Assembly: GCA_964634565.1 (NCBI GenBank)
Contig: CAZWLP010000004.1
Span: 21,921-85,920 of the forward strand
Direction: 5' to 3'
DNA length: 64,000 nt
DNA from: an uncultured Rikenellaceae bacterium
Lineage (GTDB): Bacteria; Bacteroidota; Bacteroidia; Bacteroidales; VadinHA17
Shown: piece after piece, positions 1-8,215 of the stretch
How the letters are laid out: every line of letters begins with the position of its first letter
Position numbering within the stretch: position 1 is the first letter of the stretch
The notes under the pieces: model-generated
The model's input: the letters and a program-made list of their open reading frames with translations, nothing else
Databases searched by the model: none
Told to the model about the DNA's origin: nothing
Position numbers and translations under genes: made by a program

Positions 1-639
1 CATTATCATAGAATATTTTGCTCCCTGCATCCATGCTGTTTGTCCTGTTCCTACCAGTTCGGCTTTGTAACCTGCTTTTCTCATAGCATGTACTATGATC
101 CATGCTGTGGTTCGCTTTCCAACTGCTGAATCTGTACCCAGAAGTGCAATTTTAAGACAGTCTACTTCTTCAATTTTACCTGTAAAGAAGTGGAGTTCCT
201 CTCTTTCCTTTGTCTTCCTGATATCTCTTACGCGGCATTTGTTTTTTGATGCAATTGCCATAAGCTCAGGGTCTTTATATATATAATCGTGAAGGCCACT
301 GTCAATATTCATACCCTTAAGCAGTGCCTGCCTTACTACTTTTCTGCTATCTTCGGGGAGCAGACCGCCATCTGTTGCGAGTCCTATAATAAATGTTTCC
401 GGTTTTTTGTCAGGACCCAGATTTTCCAGGGCCTCAGATAAATCTTTAAATATGGGTATATTGCACCTTGAATTATCAAGTACTGTTCCTGCATCCTGCC
501 CCGCATATCTGTGGTCAATAACTCCGACAATCTCATATCTTTCTGTAAATCTCACCAGTCCATGTGCTGTTTTCCCATAAGTGGTATTAAATGCACCCTC
601 AGCATACACTATAGCCTTACCATCGATAGATTTTTTCAT
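1..639 (-). CDS. DUF1611 domain protein (DgcN-like P-loop protein); N-terminal part only, gene runs off the left edge
   Basis: Hand translation of the minus strand from ATG at 639-637 gives MKKSIDGKAIVYAEGAFNTTYGKTAHGLVRFTERYEIVGVID...LLGTDSAVGKRTTAW...GTGQTAWMQG. The frame stays open to position 1. It is absent from the ORF track because the window edge truncates it. It starts 3 nt after the upstream gene's stop. Confidence 0.65.
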   Translation of the reverse strand, partial: MKKSIDGKAIVYAEGAFNTTYGKTAHGLVRFTERYEIVGVIDHRYAGQDAGTVLDNSRCNIPIFKDLSEALENLGPDKKPETFIIGLATDGGLLPEDSRKVVRQALLKGMNIDSGLHDYIYKDPELMAIASKNKCRVRDIRKTKEREELHFFTGKIEEVDCLKIALLGTDSAVGKRTTAWIIVHAMRKAGYKAELVGTGQTAWMQGAKYSMIM

Positions 640-642
640 TGC

Positions 643-1707
643 CTAATATTTTCCGGTTAAAATTACCACATACCTGTCGTTAACAAGCTCAGTTCTCTCA
701 TGCATCTGAATCAGGGCTATTAAGCCTGAGGTTGATGCAGGCAGAATCCTGTATCCTTCCTTTTTGTGAAGGAATGCGCTCATCTCTTTCATTTTATTAT
801 CACTTATATGACTTGCTTCTCCACCTGATTGCTGAAGTGCATAAAGTGCTTCGTCTCCATCAAAACTATGCCAGTTTATAAGAGGCTCGTTAATAGCTGT
901 TTCCTTTAATTGTTTGGGGTCAATATCCTTACAATAATCGAGGCCTGCCTTAAATGATGCCACAATCGGATTTTTATTTGCTGCCGACCCTGCAATAAAG
1001 ATTGGTATCCTTGATGTTTTCCCTCTCTTGTAAAGGCTTACAAAACCACGGTATATTCCTGCAAGAAGAGTTCCATTAGACACGGGTGCTGCAATAATCC
1101 TGGGAGCATCGCGAAGCTGGTCATAGATTTCTACTGCAATTTCGGCATAAGCTGATATTTGAAGCGAGGTATTGGCCCCGCCCGGATTTGCATCATACCA
1201 CTTATTATTTGATGCAAGAAGGCTTGATTCTCTTACTGTATCTTCATATGTGCCAGGCATCCTGATAATTTCAGCGTCAAAAGCCTGCATCTCCTTTAAA
1301 CGATCAGTATGATATGTCTCAGGTATAAATATCTTGCACTTAATCCCGGCAAGAAAGGCTGCATATGCCATTGCAACACCATAATTTCCGCATGTTGCAA
1401 GGGATACAGTTTTAAAATCTCTTCTGAATGCATCCCGAATCTGTGCAAAGGCTATTCTGTCTTTCTGGGTCCCTGAGGGGTTTTCACCCTCATACTTTAA
1501 ATATAGCTGTCTCAGGTTTAACTCTCTTTCAAGATTTCGAGCCCTGTTAAGAGATGTATCACCGATTTCAATACTAATAATATCCTCAAATGCCTCAATC
1601 CTGTCAACAATTGATAGACCGGCATCCTTTACCAGGGCACTCAGTTTACTTGTTTCTCTGGAGATTTTAATGTCTGCAGATTTTACTCCATCTAGAATAT
1701 TTGGCAT
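643..1707 (-). CDS. PLP-dependent enzyme, tryptophan-synthase-beta/threonine-synthase-like fold (type II)
   Basis: 354-aa ORF. PLP-lysine motif region is YLKYEGENPSGTQKDRIAFAQI (compare NPTGSFKDR). Glycine-rich loop region is APVSNGTLLAGI. Confidence 0.7.
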   Translation of the reverse strand: MPNILDGVKSADIKISRETSKLSALVKDAGLSIVDRIEAFEDIISIEIGDTSLNRARNLERELNLRQLYLKYEGENPSGTQKDRIAFAQIRDAFRRDFKTVSLATCGNYGVAMAYAAFLAGIKCKIFIPETYHTDRLKEMQAFDAEIIRMPGTYEDTVRESSLLASNNKWYDANPGGANTSLQISAYAEIAVEIYDQLRDAPRIIAAPVSNGTLLAGIYRGFVSLYKRGKTSRIPIFIAGSAANKNPIVASFKAGLDYCKDIDPKQLKETAINEPLINWHSFDGDEALYALQQSGGEASHISDNKMKEMSAFLHKKEGYRILPASTSGLIALIQMHERTELVNDRYVVILTGKY

Positions 1708-1807
1708 TACAGATGTATAAATTTCAGTAATAACTTATTGAATACAAATTACAATTATTCAAGGAATAAAAGGATGATTACATATTAAATTTCACAGGCG
1801 CAGAATA

Positions 1808-3346
1808 TCAAATCTTTTTTAATTGATAGATATCTTTTCTCCTGTCTTTCAGGTTTCTTACACTTCCAAACTGATGAAGTTCTCTAAGCAGGTCGATATC
1901 CACATCTGCAATAAGGATCATTTCTGTATTGGGTGTGGCCTCTGCCTTAACACCATTGGCAGGGAATGAAAAGTCGCAGGGTGTAACTACCATTGCCTGA
2001 CCATACTGTATGTCCATATTATGCACCTTGGGAAGATTGCCCACACTACCTGCAATAGCGACATAGCATTCATTTTCAATTGCCCTTGCCTGGGCACAAT
2101 TTCTAATACGAGAGAATCCGTTTTGTGTATCTGTAAGATAGGGGACAAAGAGAATGTCCATCCCCTCATCTGCCAGTATTCTGCTCATTTCAGGAAATTC
2201 AATATCATAGCATATTAAAATTCCTATTTTACCACAATCAGTGTCGAAGGCTTTAATCTGATTTCCTCCCTGGAGGCCCCATACTCTGCTTTCGTCAGGA
2301 GTTACATGTATTTTCTCAAATCTTTCCACAGCACCATCTCTCTTACATAAGTAGCCAACATTATACAGGTTACCATCCACCAGTTCCGGCATGCTTCCGG
2401 TAATTATATTGATATTATACGAAATTGCAAGTTCTGAAAATCTTTTTACAAGATTTTCGGTATGGATAGCCAGCTCCCTTATAGCTTCAGGTTCTGAAAG
2501 ATGATTATTTTCGGCCATCAGGGGTGCATTAAAGAATTCGGGAAAAAGGGCGAAGTCAGACCTGTAGCCCGAAACAGCATCAACAAAGTATTCGGCCTGC
2601 TGCATCAGTTCTTCGATATCCTTATATAGTCTCATCTGCCACTGAATAAGCCCAAGCCTTATAATTTTCTTAACTGGCGATACTTTTTTAGAAGGTTTTT
2701 CATAGTATATATTATCCCATTCAAGAAGAACAGCATAGTCTTCAGACTCCTTGTCTCCTGTGAGGTAGCCCTTGAGGATTTTAGCGGGGTGAAAATCGTT
2801 GGACATCTGGAAATCAAGGACCGGATCATGAATTTCTTTTTTCCTTACCATTGAGATATATTCCTTAGGCGTAAGTTCTGAAGAATATTTATGGTAATTG
2901 GGTATTCTGCCACCAAAGGCTATTCCCTTCAGGTTTAATTTCTCACAGAGATCCTTCCTGTAGTCATACAATCTTCTACCCAACCTTAATCCTCTGAAAG
3001 AGGGTCTTATAAACACATCGATACCATAGAGCATATCTCCTTCATCGTTGTGAGTGTTAAATGTGTATTCACCGGTTATCTGACTATAGGTATGATTATT
3101 GTCGAAGAGTGAATAGTCTACAATAACAGACAGAGCACATCCGGCAAATTTATTATCAACCCATATTACTACCTGACCCTCCGGAAACTTATCAAGGAGG
3201 GTTTTAATCTGATCTTCTCTCCATACCAGATTGTGCAGATTGGAATATGCTTCCAGCATTGCCTCTTTTAGTTCTTCGAAGTCTTCAGGAGTCAGAAATT
3301 TAAGTTGAATATTATCCGATTCTGAGGTAGTTTTTATATTTGTCAT
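1808..3346 (-). CDS. Bifunctional GNAT N-acetyltransferase / carbon-nitrogen hydrolase (nitrilase superfamily) protein
   Basis: 512-aa ORF. N-terminal GNAT motif A is IRPSFRGLRLGRRLY. The C-terminal nitrilase-type catalytic Cys context is GKIGILICYDIEFPE. Confidence 0.8.
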   Translation of the reverse strand: MTNIKTTSESDNIQLKFLTPEDFEELKEAMLEAYSNLHNLVWREDQIKTLLDKFPEGQVVIWVDNKFAGCALSVIVDYSLFDNNHTYSQITGEYTFNTHNDEGDMLYGIDVFIRPSFRGLRLGRRLYDYRKDLCEKLNLKGIAFGGRIPNYHKYSSELTPKEYISMVRKKEIHDPVLDFQMSNDFHPAKILKGYLTGDKESEDYAVLLEWDNIYYEKPSKKVSPVKKIIRLGLIQWQMRLYKDIEELMQQAEYFVDAVSGYRSDFALFPEFFNAPLMAENNHLSEPEAIRELAIHTENLVKRFSELAISYNINIITGSMPELVDGNLYNVGYLCKRDGAVERFEKIHVTPDESRVWGLQGGNQIKAFDTDCGKIGILICYDIEFPEMSRILADEGMDILFVPYLTDTQNGFSRIRNCAQARAIENECYVAIAGSVGNLPKVHNMDIQYGQAMVVTPCDFSFPANGVKAEATPNTEMILIADVDIDLLRELHQFGSVRNLKDRRKDIYQLKKI

Positions 3347-3501
3347 AGATCATATTATTCTTAAAAAAATGTGGACTAATATATTAATTATAATGATTAT
3401 ACAGTGCAATTGTAAAAAAAAACAATAATGCTTGTAACAAACAGATAAACAGATATATATAACTTATTAGAAAAAATTAATTTAAGCAGTATATGCCCAG
3501 A

Positions 3502-4902
3502 TTAAATTTCAAATTCATTTCCGACCCCGGGAATCGTGATATTTGAAAAACCTTTTTTCTCCAGGTATGATTTATATTTTAACTGAGGTTCCAATTCTCC
3601 ATGCACCAGGAAGGTTTTTTTAATTTGTTTCGGGTCCTGGCATGAAAGAAAATCTGCCATCTCCTTGTAATCCCCGTGACCGCTGTAGGAATCCAGTCGT
3701 TTTATTTCAGCTTCAACCGGATACTTATTGCCATGAATGGATATTTCTTTTTCGCCACGCAATAACCTTGCTCCAAGTGTTCTTGGTGCGCAATACCCAA
3801 CAGCGAGTACTGTATTCTTTGGATCGGATATCGAGTTGGCAAGGTGATGCTTAACTCTTCCGGCTTCCATCATCCCTGATGCTGAAATTATTACAACAGG
3901 TTTCTTTATCTTATTTAGCTTTTTGGAATCCTCAGCCATCTTAATATAAAACAGGTTATTAAAACCAAAGGGGTCAGGATCTCTTTCCATTATCTCCAGT
4001 ATATCACGGTTAAAGCATTCAGGATGCAGTCTGAAAATTTCTGTGGCGTTTACTGCGAGGGGACTGTCAACATAAATATCAATTTTTGGTAATCTGCCTT
4101 CGTTATAAAAATTATTAAGAGTATAGACTATATCCTGGGTTCGTCCGACACTGAAAGATGGGATAATTAATTTTCCTCCTTTTTTTACACATGTATTATG
4201 TATTACTGATAATAATTCTTTTTCGGCGTGGATATTATCATGATGCAGACGATCACCGTAAGTTGCTTCTGTTATAAGATAATCGGCCTGTGGAAATGGC
4301 TTTGGTGGAGCAAGTATGCGATTAACCGGGCGACCAATGTCGCCTGTATAGGCAATCCTGTGGCTGGTATCACCTTCCTTTATTATCATGTTTGCAACCC
4401 CGCCACCAAGCATATGACCGGTATGAGTAAACTCCACGGAGATCTCATTATCAATCTTATATGGACGTTTATAAGCAATACCAATAAACAGGTTCATGCA
4501 CTCTGATGCATCATCTTTTGTATATATAGGCTCTACCGGGTCGAGTCCCTTCCATGCCCTCTTTTTATTAAATGTTCTGGTATCATGCTCCTGTATTGAG
4601 CCTGAGTCTGCAAGCATAATTGCACATAGGTCTCTTGTGGCACTGGTGCATATTATTGATCCTCTGAATCCAAGTTTGTAGATATATGGGATAAGACCTG
4701 AGTGGTCGATATGGGCATGAGACAGAATAAGGTAATCTATATCAGAAGGGTTGAAGCCCAGTTTACGATTCAGGCTATCAGTCTCCATGCCTTTACCCTG
4801 ATACATACCACAATCAAGCAGTACTTTTGTCCCTGAATTTGTTGTTATAAGGTGTTTGCTGCCTGTTACTTCCTGCGCTGCTCCGAGAAATTTTATCTTC
4901 AT
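3502..4902 (-). CDS. MBL-fold metallo-hydrolase with beta-CASP / RNA-specificity domain (CPSF/RNase J-like)
   Basis: 466-aa ORF. HxHxDH motif is LILSHAHIDHSG. The beta-CASP-like middle region and a C-terminal HGE motif (FLVHGE) are present. Confidence 0.8.
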   Translation of the reverse strand: MKIKFLGAAQEVTGSKHLITTNSGTKVLLDCGMYQGKGMETDSLNRKLGFNPSDIDYLILSHAHIDHSGLIPYIYKLGFRGSIICTSATRDLCAIMLADSGSIQEHDTRTFNKKRAWKGLDPVEPIYTKDDASECMNLFIGIAYKRPYKIDNEISVEFTHTGHMLGGGVANMIIKEGDTSHRIAYTGDIGRPVNRILAPPKPFPQADYLITEATYGDRLHHDNIHAEKELLSVIHNTCVKKGGKLIIPSFSVGRTQDIVYTLNNFYNEGRLPKIDIYVDSPLAVNATEIFRLHPECFNRDILEIMERDPDPFGFNNLFYIKMAEDSKKLNKIKKPVVIISASGMMEAGRVKHHLANSISDPKNTVLAVGYCAPRTLGARLLRGEKEISIHGNKYPVEAEIKRLDSYSGHGDYKEMADFLSCQDPKQIKKTFLVHGELEPQLKYKSYLEKKGFSNITIPGVGNEFEI

Positions 4903-4910
4903 ATATTATG

Positions 4911-4990
4911 ATCTTTCTCTCAAAAGTAGCTATAAAAAGGTTGAAAAGGGTTTAAAGTGGGTGGAAAAAGTTGAATAAGGTGGAAAAACA
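4911..4990 (-). promoter_or_regulatory. Repeat copy A: promoter-like box (minus-strand TAGCTACTTTTG, fits TAnnTTTG) plus about 10-11-bp phased A-tract repeats, immediately upstream of the MBL hydrolase gene
   Basis: 4911-4961 is near-identical (one 1-nt indel) to 7982-8031. Plus-strand units GTTGAAAAGG, GTTTAAAGTGG, GTGGAAAAAG, TTGAATAAGG and TGGAAAAACA recur at about one helical turn. Confidence 0.5.
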
Positions 4991-5024
4991 AAGATGGTGT
5001 AAGGATAAGCCCACACCATCTTTG
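4981..5024 (-). terminator. Rho-independent terminator of the M16 peptidase gene
   Basis: 12-bp perfect stem CAAAGATGGTGT (4989-5000) / ACACCATCTTTG (5013-5024). On the minus strand it is followed by TTTTTCCA. It lies 18 nt downstream of the stop at 5042. Confidence 0.65.
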
Positions 5025-5041
5025 GATATCTGTAATTATTG

Positions 5042-7849
5042 TTAATTCTTAGGAACAAATACTACATCTGCGATATCTGGATTGCTCATAAACTTTGATG
5101 TAAACTTCTTAATATCCCTGATAGTAACCTTATTAATAATTTCATCGAAATTTTCAGGAGCATTACCATCTATACCATGGTAATAATAATTAAATATAGT
5201 ATTCATCCAGTAACTGTTATGCTCTTTTGACTGTTCGCGGTCTTTTTTCATATTTTTCACAACCTTGTCAAGATCCTCCTCTGTGGGACCGTTCTTAGCT
5301 ATCTTCTCAATTTCTCTGAATATGATTGATTTCAGATAATCAGCTTTCTCCGGATCAGTATCAAAATTCATTTGGAGGCTTTTCTCCTCCGTTGGGAAAT
5401 GACTATTGCTGGCACTTACTGAAACACCGTAAGTTCCACCTTCTTTTTCCCGTATTTCCTCTGTATATCTCAGAATAAGGATGCTTTTAAGCATATTCAG
5501 ATAAAGATTTGTTTCGGGGGTATATTTGAAATCCTTCCTTATTAGAATATTTACATTCGCCTTGGCTGTTTCGAGCGGAATCTCAATCTTTTTTTCAATG
5601 TGTCCTTCAGGTTGTTTTACATTATGATCAGTCCATGATTCGGTTCTTGGATCGTCGGTCAACGACCCGATGTAATATTCTACATTTTGCTTAACAGTTT
5701 CTTCATCTATATTCCCAACTATTATAAAAATAAAATCTCCAGCATCTTTAATTCTGTCTTTATACAGTTTCTCCATATCCTCAAACTTAAGTTGTTCAAG
5801 AAATTTGGTATTCAGGAGTTTGGTTCTAGGGTGGTAGTTAGTAAAGATCAATTGTAAGGAATCAGACATTATCTTTTTGGGATCATTTTCCAAATTGGGC
5901 AGAAAAGCCTTGAACCTGCTGAGCAAAGCATCATATGCCTGCTTATCAAATCTGGGTCTTTCAAAGTTCAGATAAAGCAGTTGCATCATGGTTTCAAAAT
6001 CTTTCGGGGTCGAAGAGCCACTTATTGTTTCAGTGAGCTCTCCAATATTAGGCTGAACGCTAACCTTCTTTCCTGTCAGTGCATTTCTTAGAGCTATAGC
6101 GTCGAAATCTCCGGTACCAAATGATCCAATAAACTGGGGCAACATTATGGCAGTTTCCAACTGCACGGCAGAAATAGCTGACATACCACCTTTACTGAAT
6201 CCGGTAATTGTAACATTATCTTTTTCAAAATCCGCATGTTTGTATATTACTGTTGCATTATTTGAAAGCTTCCATTCGATTGCACCAAATTTATCAAGGG
6301 GTGTGCCAGTAACTATTGTTGAGCCAGGAAGTTTATCTGATATAAGTTCAGTGACAATCTCAACATCCTTATATGGTTCAATTTCAGTTTCCTTAACTTC
6401 ATTCAATATTAAAAGGGCCTTTTCTTCGTCCAGGTGTACCGCATTTTCTGGTCCCATGACAATAATTACCCTGTTGTTATCTGATATCCAATTATCTTTT
6501 GCGGCGTTAACATCATCCACGCTTATTGACTCCAGCAAGGCCTGCCCTATTTGCCAGTCCATCTCGGGAGATGTTAGTGGCTCACCACTGAGAAAATGAG
6601 TCTGCATTCCTCTTATATAGGTGTCATTATGTATTTTATCTCTCTGTTCATAGGCGCTCTTCATTGAAGTAAGAAGGTTAGATTTAGCTCTTTGGAATTC
6701 ACCTGGCATAAATCCAAATCGCACTATTCTTTCAGTCTCGGTATATATTGCTTTCAGGGCTTTAGTTTCATCTTCAGGACTTGATACTGCAGCAATACTT
6801 AAGACATCATACCCTCTCAGAAAACTGCCATAAGAGATGCTTCCCATTATAAACGGGGGTTCTCCTTTCTGAAGTAACTCGGTAATACGGGCTCCTGTCA
6901 TAGAGTTAAAAAGATTGGCTATATACTGGTTTCTAAGATATACTGCATCTTTCTTATCTGCCTGAGTAGCTCGATGCTTAATGAAGATATTGATCATGTT
7001 CTGGGATGCCTCAGGGTCTGTTGCTACCACGAATCTTGTATCCTTATGTTCAGGAATATCAAAGAAGGGTCTGGGTTGAGCATCTTCGACGGCAGGGATT
7101 TTTCCAAATAGATTTTTTACTTTTAATTCTACCTCATCAACATCAATGTCGCCAACAATAGCGATTGCCTGAAGATCTGTTCTGTACCAGTCGTGATAAA
7201 AGTTTCTTAGAGTTTCGTAATCAAAGTTTTTTATTACATCAAGGTCGCCAATTACATCCCTTTCAGAGAATTTTGAATCCCCCATAAGTGCAGGAAAATA
7301 TTTAGCCCTCATCCTGAAATTAGCATCTCTTCTTGTTCTCCATTCCTCGCTTATAACCCCACGTTCAGCTTGAATCTCTTCATCAGTTAAAAGCAGGTAG
7401 TTAGACCAATCGTTTAACACAAGGAGACAAGTGTCAATAAGTCCAGGATCATTTACGGGTACATCACTCAGATTATAAACTGTTTCGTTAAAAGAAGTAT
7501 ATGCATTGATATTTCGTCCGAATGCCACCCCATGCTTTTCCAGAGTATTCAGTATCCCTTTTCCCGGGAAATGTTCAGTACCGTTAAAAGCCATATGCTC
7601 CAGGAAGTGGGCAAGTCCGTTCTGATTATCATTTTCAAGAAGTGCTCCTACATTCTGAATAATATAGAAACTGGCTCTTTCTTTTGGTTCTTCATTATGC
7701 CTGATATAATATGTCAGGCCATTATCCAGTTTACCCATTTTAATTTCGGGGTCTATAGGAATTTGCTGCCCTCTGGCCAGGCTAATAAGGGCCTGTGCTA
7801 CAATTATAAGTGATAAGGAAGCAATTTTCGCTTTAGTTAGTATTCTCAT
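5042..7849 (-). CDS. Secreted M16 (pitrilysin/insulinase) family zinc peptidase, double-domain
   Basis: 935-aa ORF. Signal peptide is MRILTKAKIASLSLIIVAQALISLARG. The inverted zinc motif HxxEH occurs in GLAHFLEHMAFNGTEHF. Confidence 0.85.
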   Translation of the reverse strand: MRILTKAKIASLSLIIVAQALISLARGQQIPIDPEIKMGKLDNGLTYYIRHNEEPKERASFYIIQNVGALLENDNQNGLAHFLEHMAFNGTEHFPGKGILNTLEKHGVAFGRNINAYTSFNETVYNLSDVPVNDPGLIDTCLLVLNDWSNYLLLTDEEIQAERGVISEEWRTRRDANFRMRAKYFPALMGDSKFSERDVIGDLDVIKNFDYETLRNFYHDWYRTDLQAIAIVGDIDVDEVELKVKNLFGKIPAVEDAQPRPFFDIPEHKDTRFVVATDPEASQNMINIFIKHRATQADKKDAVYLRNQYIANLFNSMTGARITELLQKGEPPFIMGSISYGSFLRGYDVLSIAAVSSPEDETKALKAIYTETERIVRFGFMPGEFQRAKSNLLTSMKSAYEQRDKIHNDTYIRGMQTHFLSGEPLTSPEMDWQIGQALLESISVDDVNAAKDNWISDNNRVIIVMGPENAVHLDEEKALLILNEVKETEIEPYKDVEIVTELISDKLPGSTIVTGTPLDKFGAIEWKLSNNATVIYKHADFEKDNVTITGFSKGGMSAISAVQLETAIMLPQFIGSFGTGDFDAIALRNALTGKKVSVQPNIGELTETISGSSTPKDFETMMQLLYLNFERPRFDKQAYDALLSRFKAFLPNLENDPKKIMSDSLQLIFTNYHPRTKLLNTKFLEQLKFEDMEKLYKDRIKDAGDFIFIIVGNIDEETVKQNVEYYIGSLTDDPRTESWTDHNVKQPEGHIEKKIEIPLETAKANVNILIRKDFKYTPETNLYLNMLKSILILRYTEEIREKEGGTYGVSVSASNSHFPTEEKSLQMNFDTDPEKADYLKSIIFREIEKIAKNGPTEEDLDKVVKNMKKDREQSKEHNSYWMNTIFNYYYHGIDGNAPENFDEIINKVTIRDIKKFTSKFMSNPDIADVVFVPKN

Positions 7850-7981
7850 GATATTTTATAGATTTATTTTAAGTACGAAATTATGCAAAAAATAGTATTA
7901 CAAAGGATAATTTCCAGAGAAAAATTCGATATCACTTGCCAGTTTAACTCCCGTATCGCTCCGGGAAATATTATATACTAC

Positions 7982-8060
7982 ATCTTTCTCTCAAAAGTAG
8001 CTATAAAAAGGTTGAAAAGGTTTAAAGTGGGTTGAAAAGAGTTTAAAGTGTTTACAAAGA
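7982..8060 (-). promoter_or_regulatory. Repeat copy B of the promoter-like / phased A-tract element, upstream of the M16 peptidase gene
   Basis: The first 39 nt are identical to copy A (atctttctctcaaaagtagctataaaaaggttgaaaagg). After a 1-nt indel, tttaaagtggg is also identical. Further A-tract units GTTGAAAAGA, GTTTAAAGTG and TTTACAAAGA follow. Confidence 0.5.
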
Positions 8061-8215
8061 ATGGCGCTGAAGCGACATTCTAATAATGAAAGATAACTTT
8101 TTTGCTATGTTATTTTTCTTTTAATTCTTCGACTTTCTCAGCTGGAGATGGAATCGTGATACCTGTATCTCAGATACCTGTGATAAATTCGAATATTTTA
8201 TATTAGACAGGGATA

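Noticed and set aside
95-286. 63-aa plus-strand ORF at the left edge
   Set aside because: It lies antisense to the DUF1611 coding frame, which translates into a recognisable conserved protein across 1-639.
6147-6599. 150-aa plus-strand ORF inside the M16 peptidase gene
   Set aside because: It is entirely antisense to a well-supported 935-aa gene. The translation is low-complexity, with no recognisable motif, signal or start context. It is a typical shadow ORF.
7883-8035. 50-aa plus-strand ORF that would read through repeat copy B (…IFLSKVAIKRLKRFKVG)
   Set aside because: In repeat copy A the same frame is closed upstream by a stop and terminates differently. The repeat is therefore conserved as DNA, not as a coding sequence.
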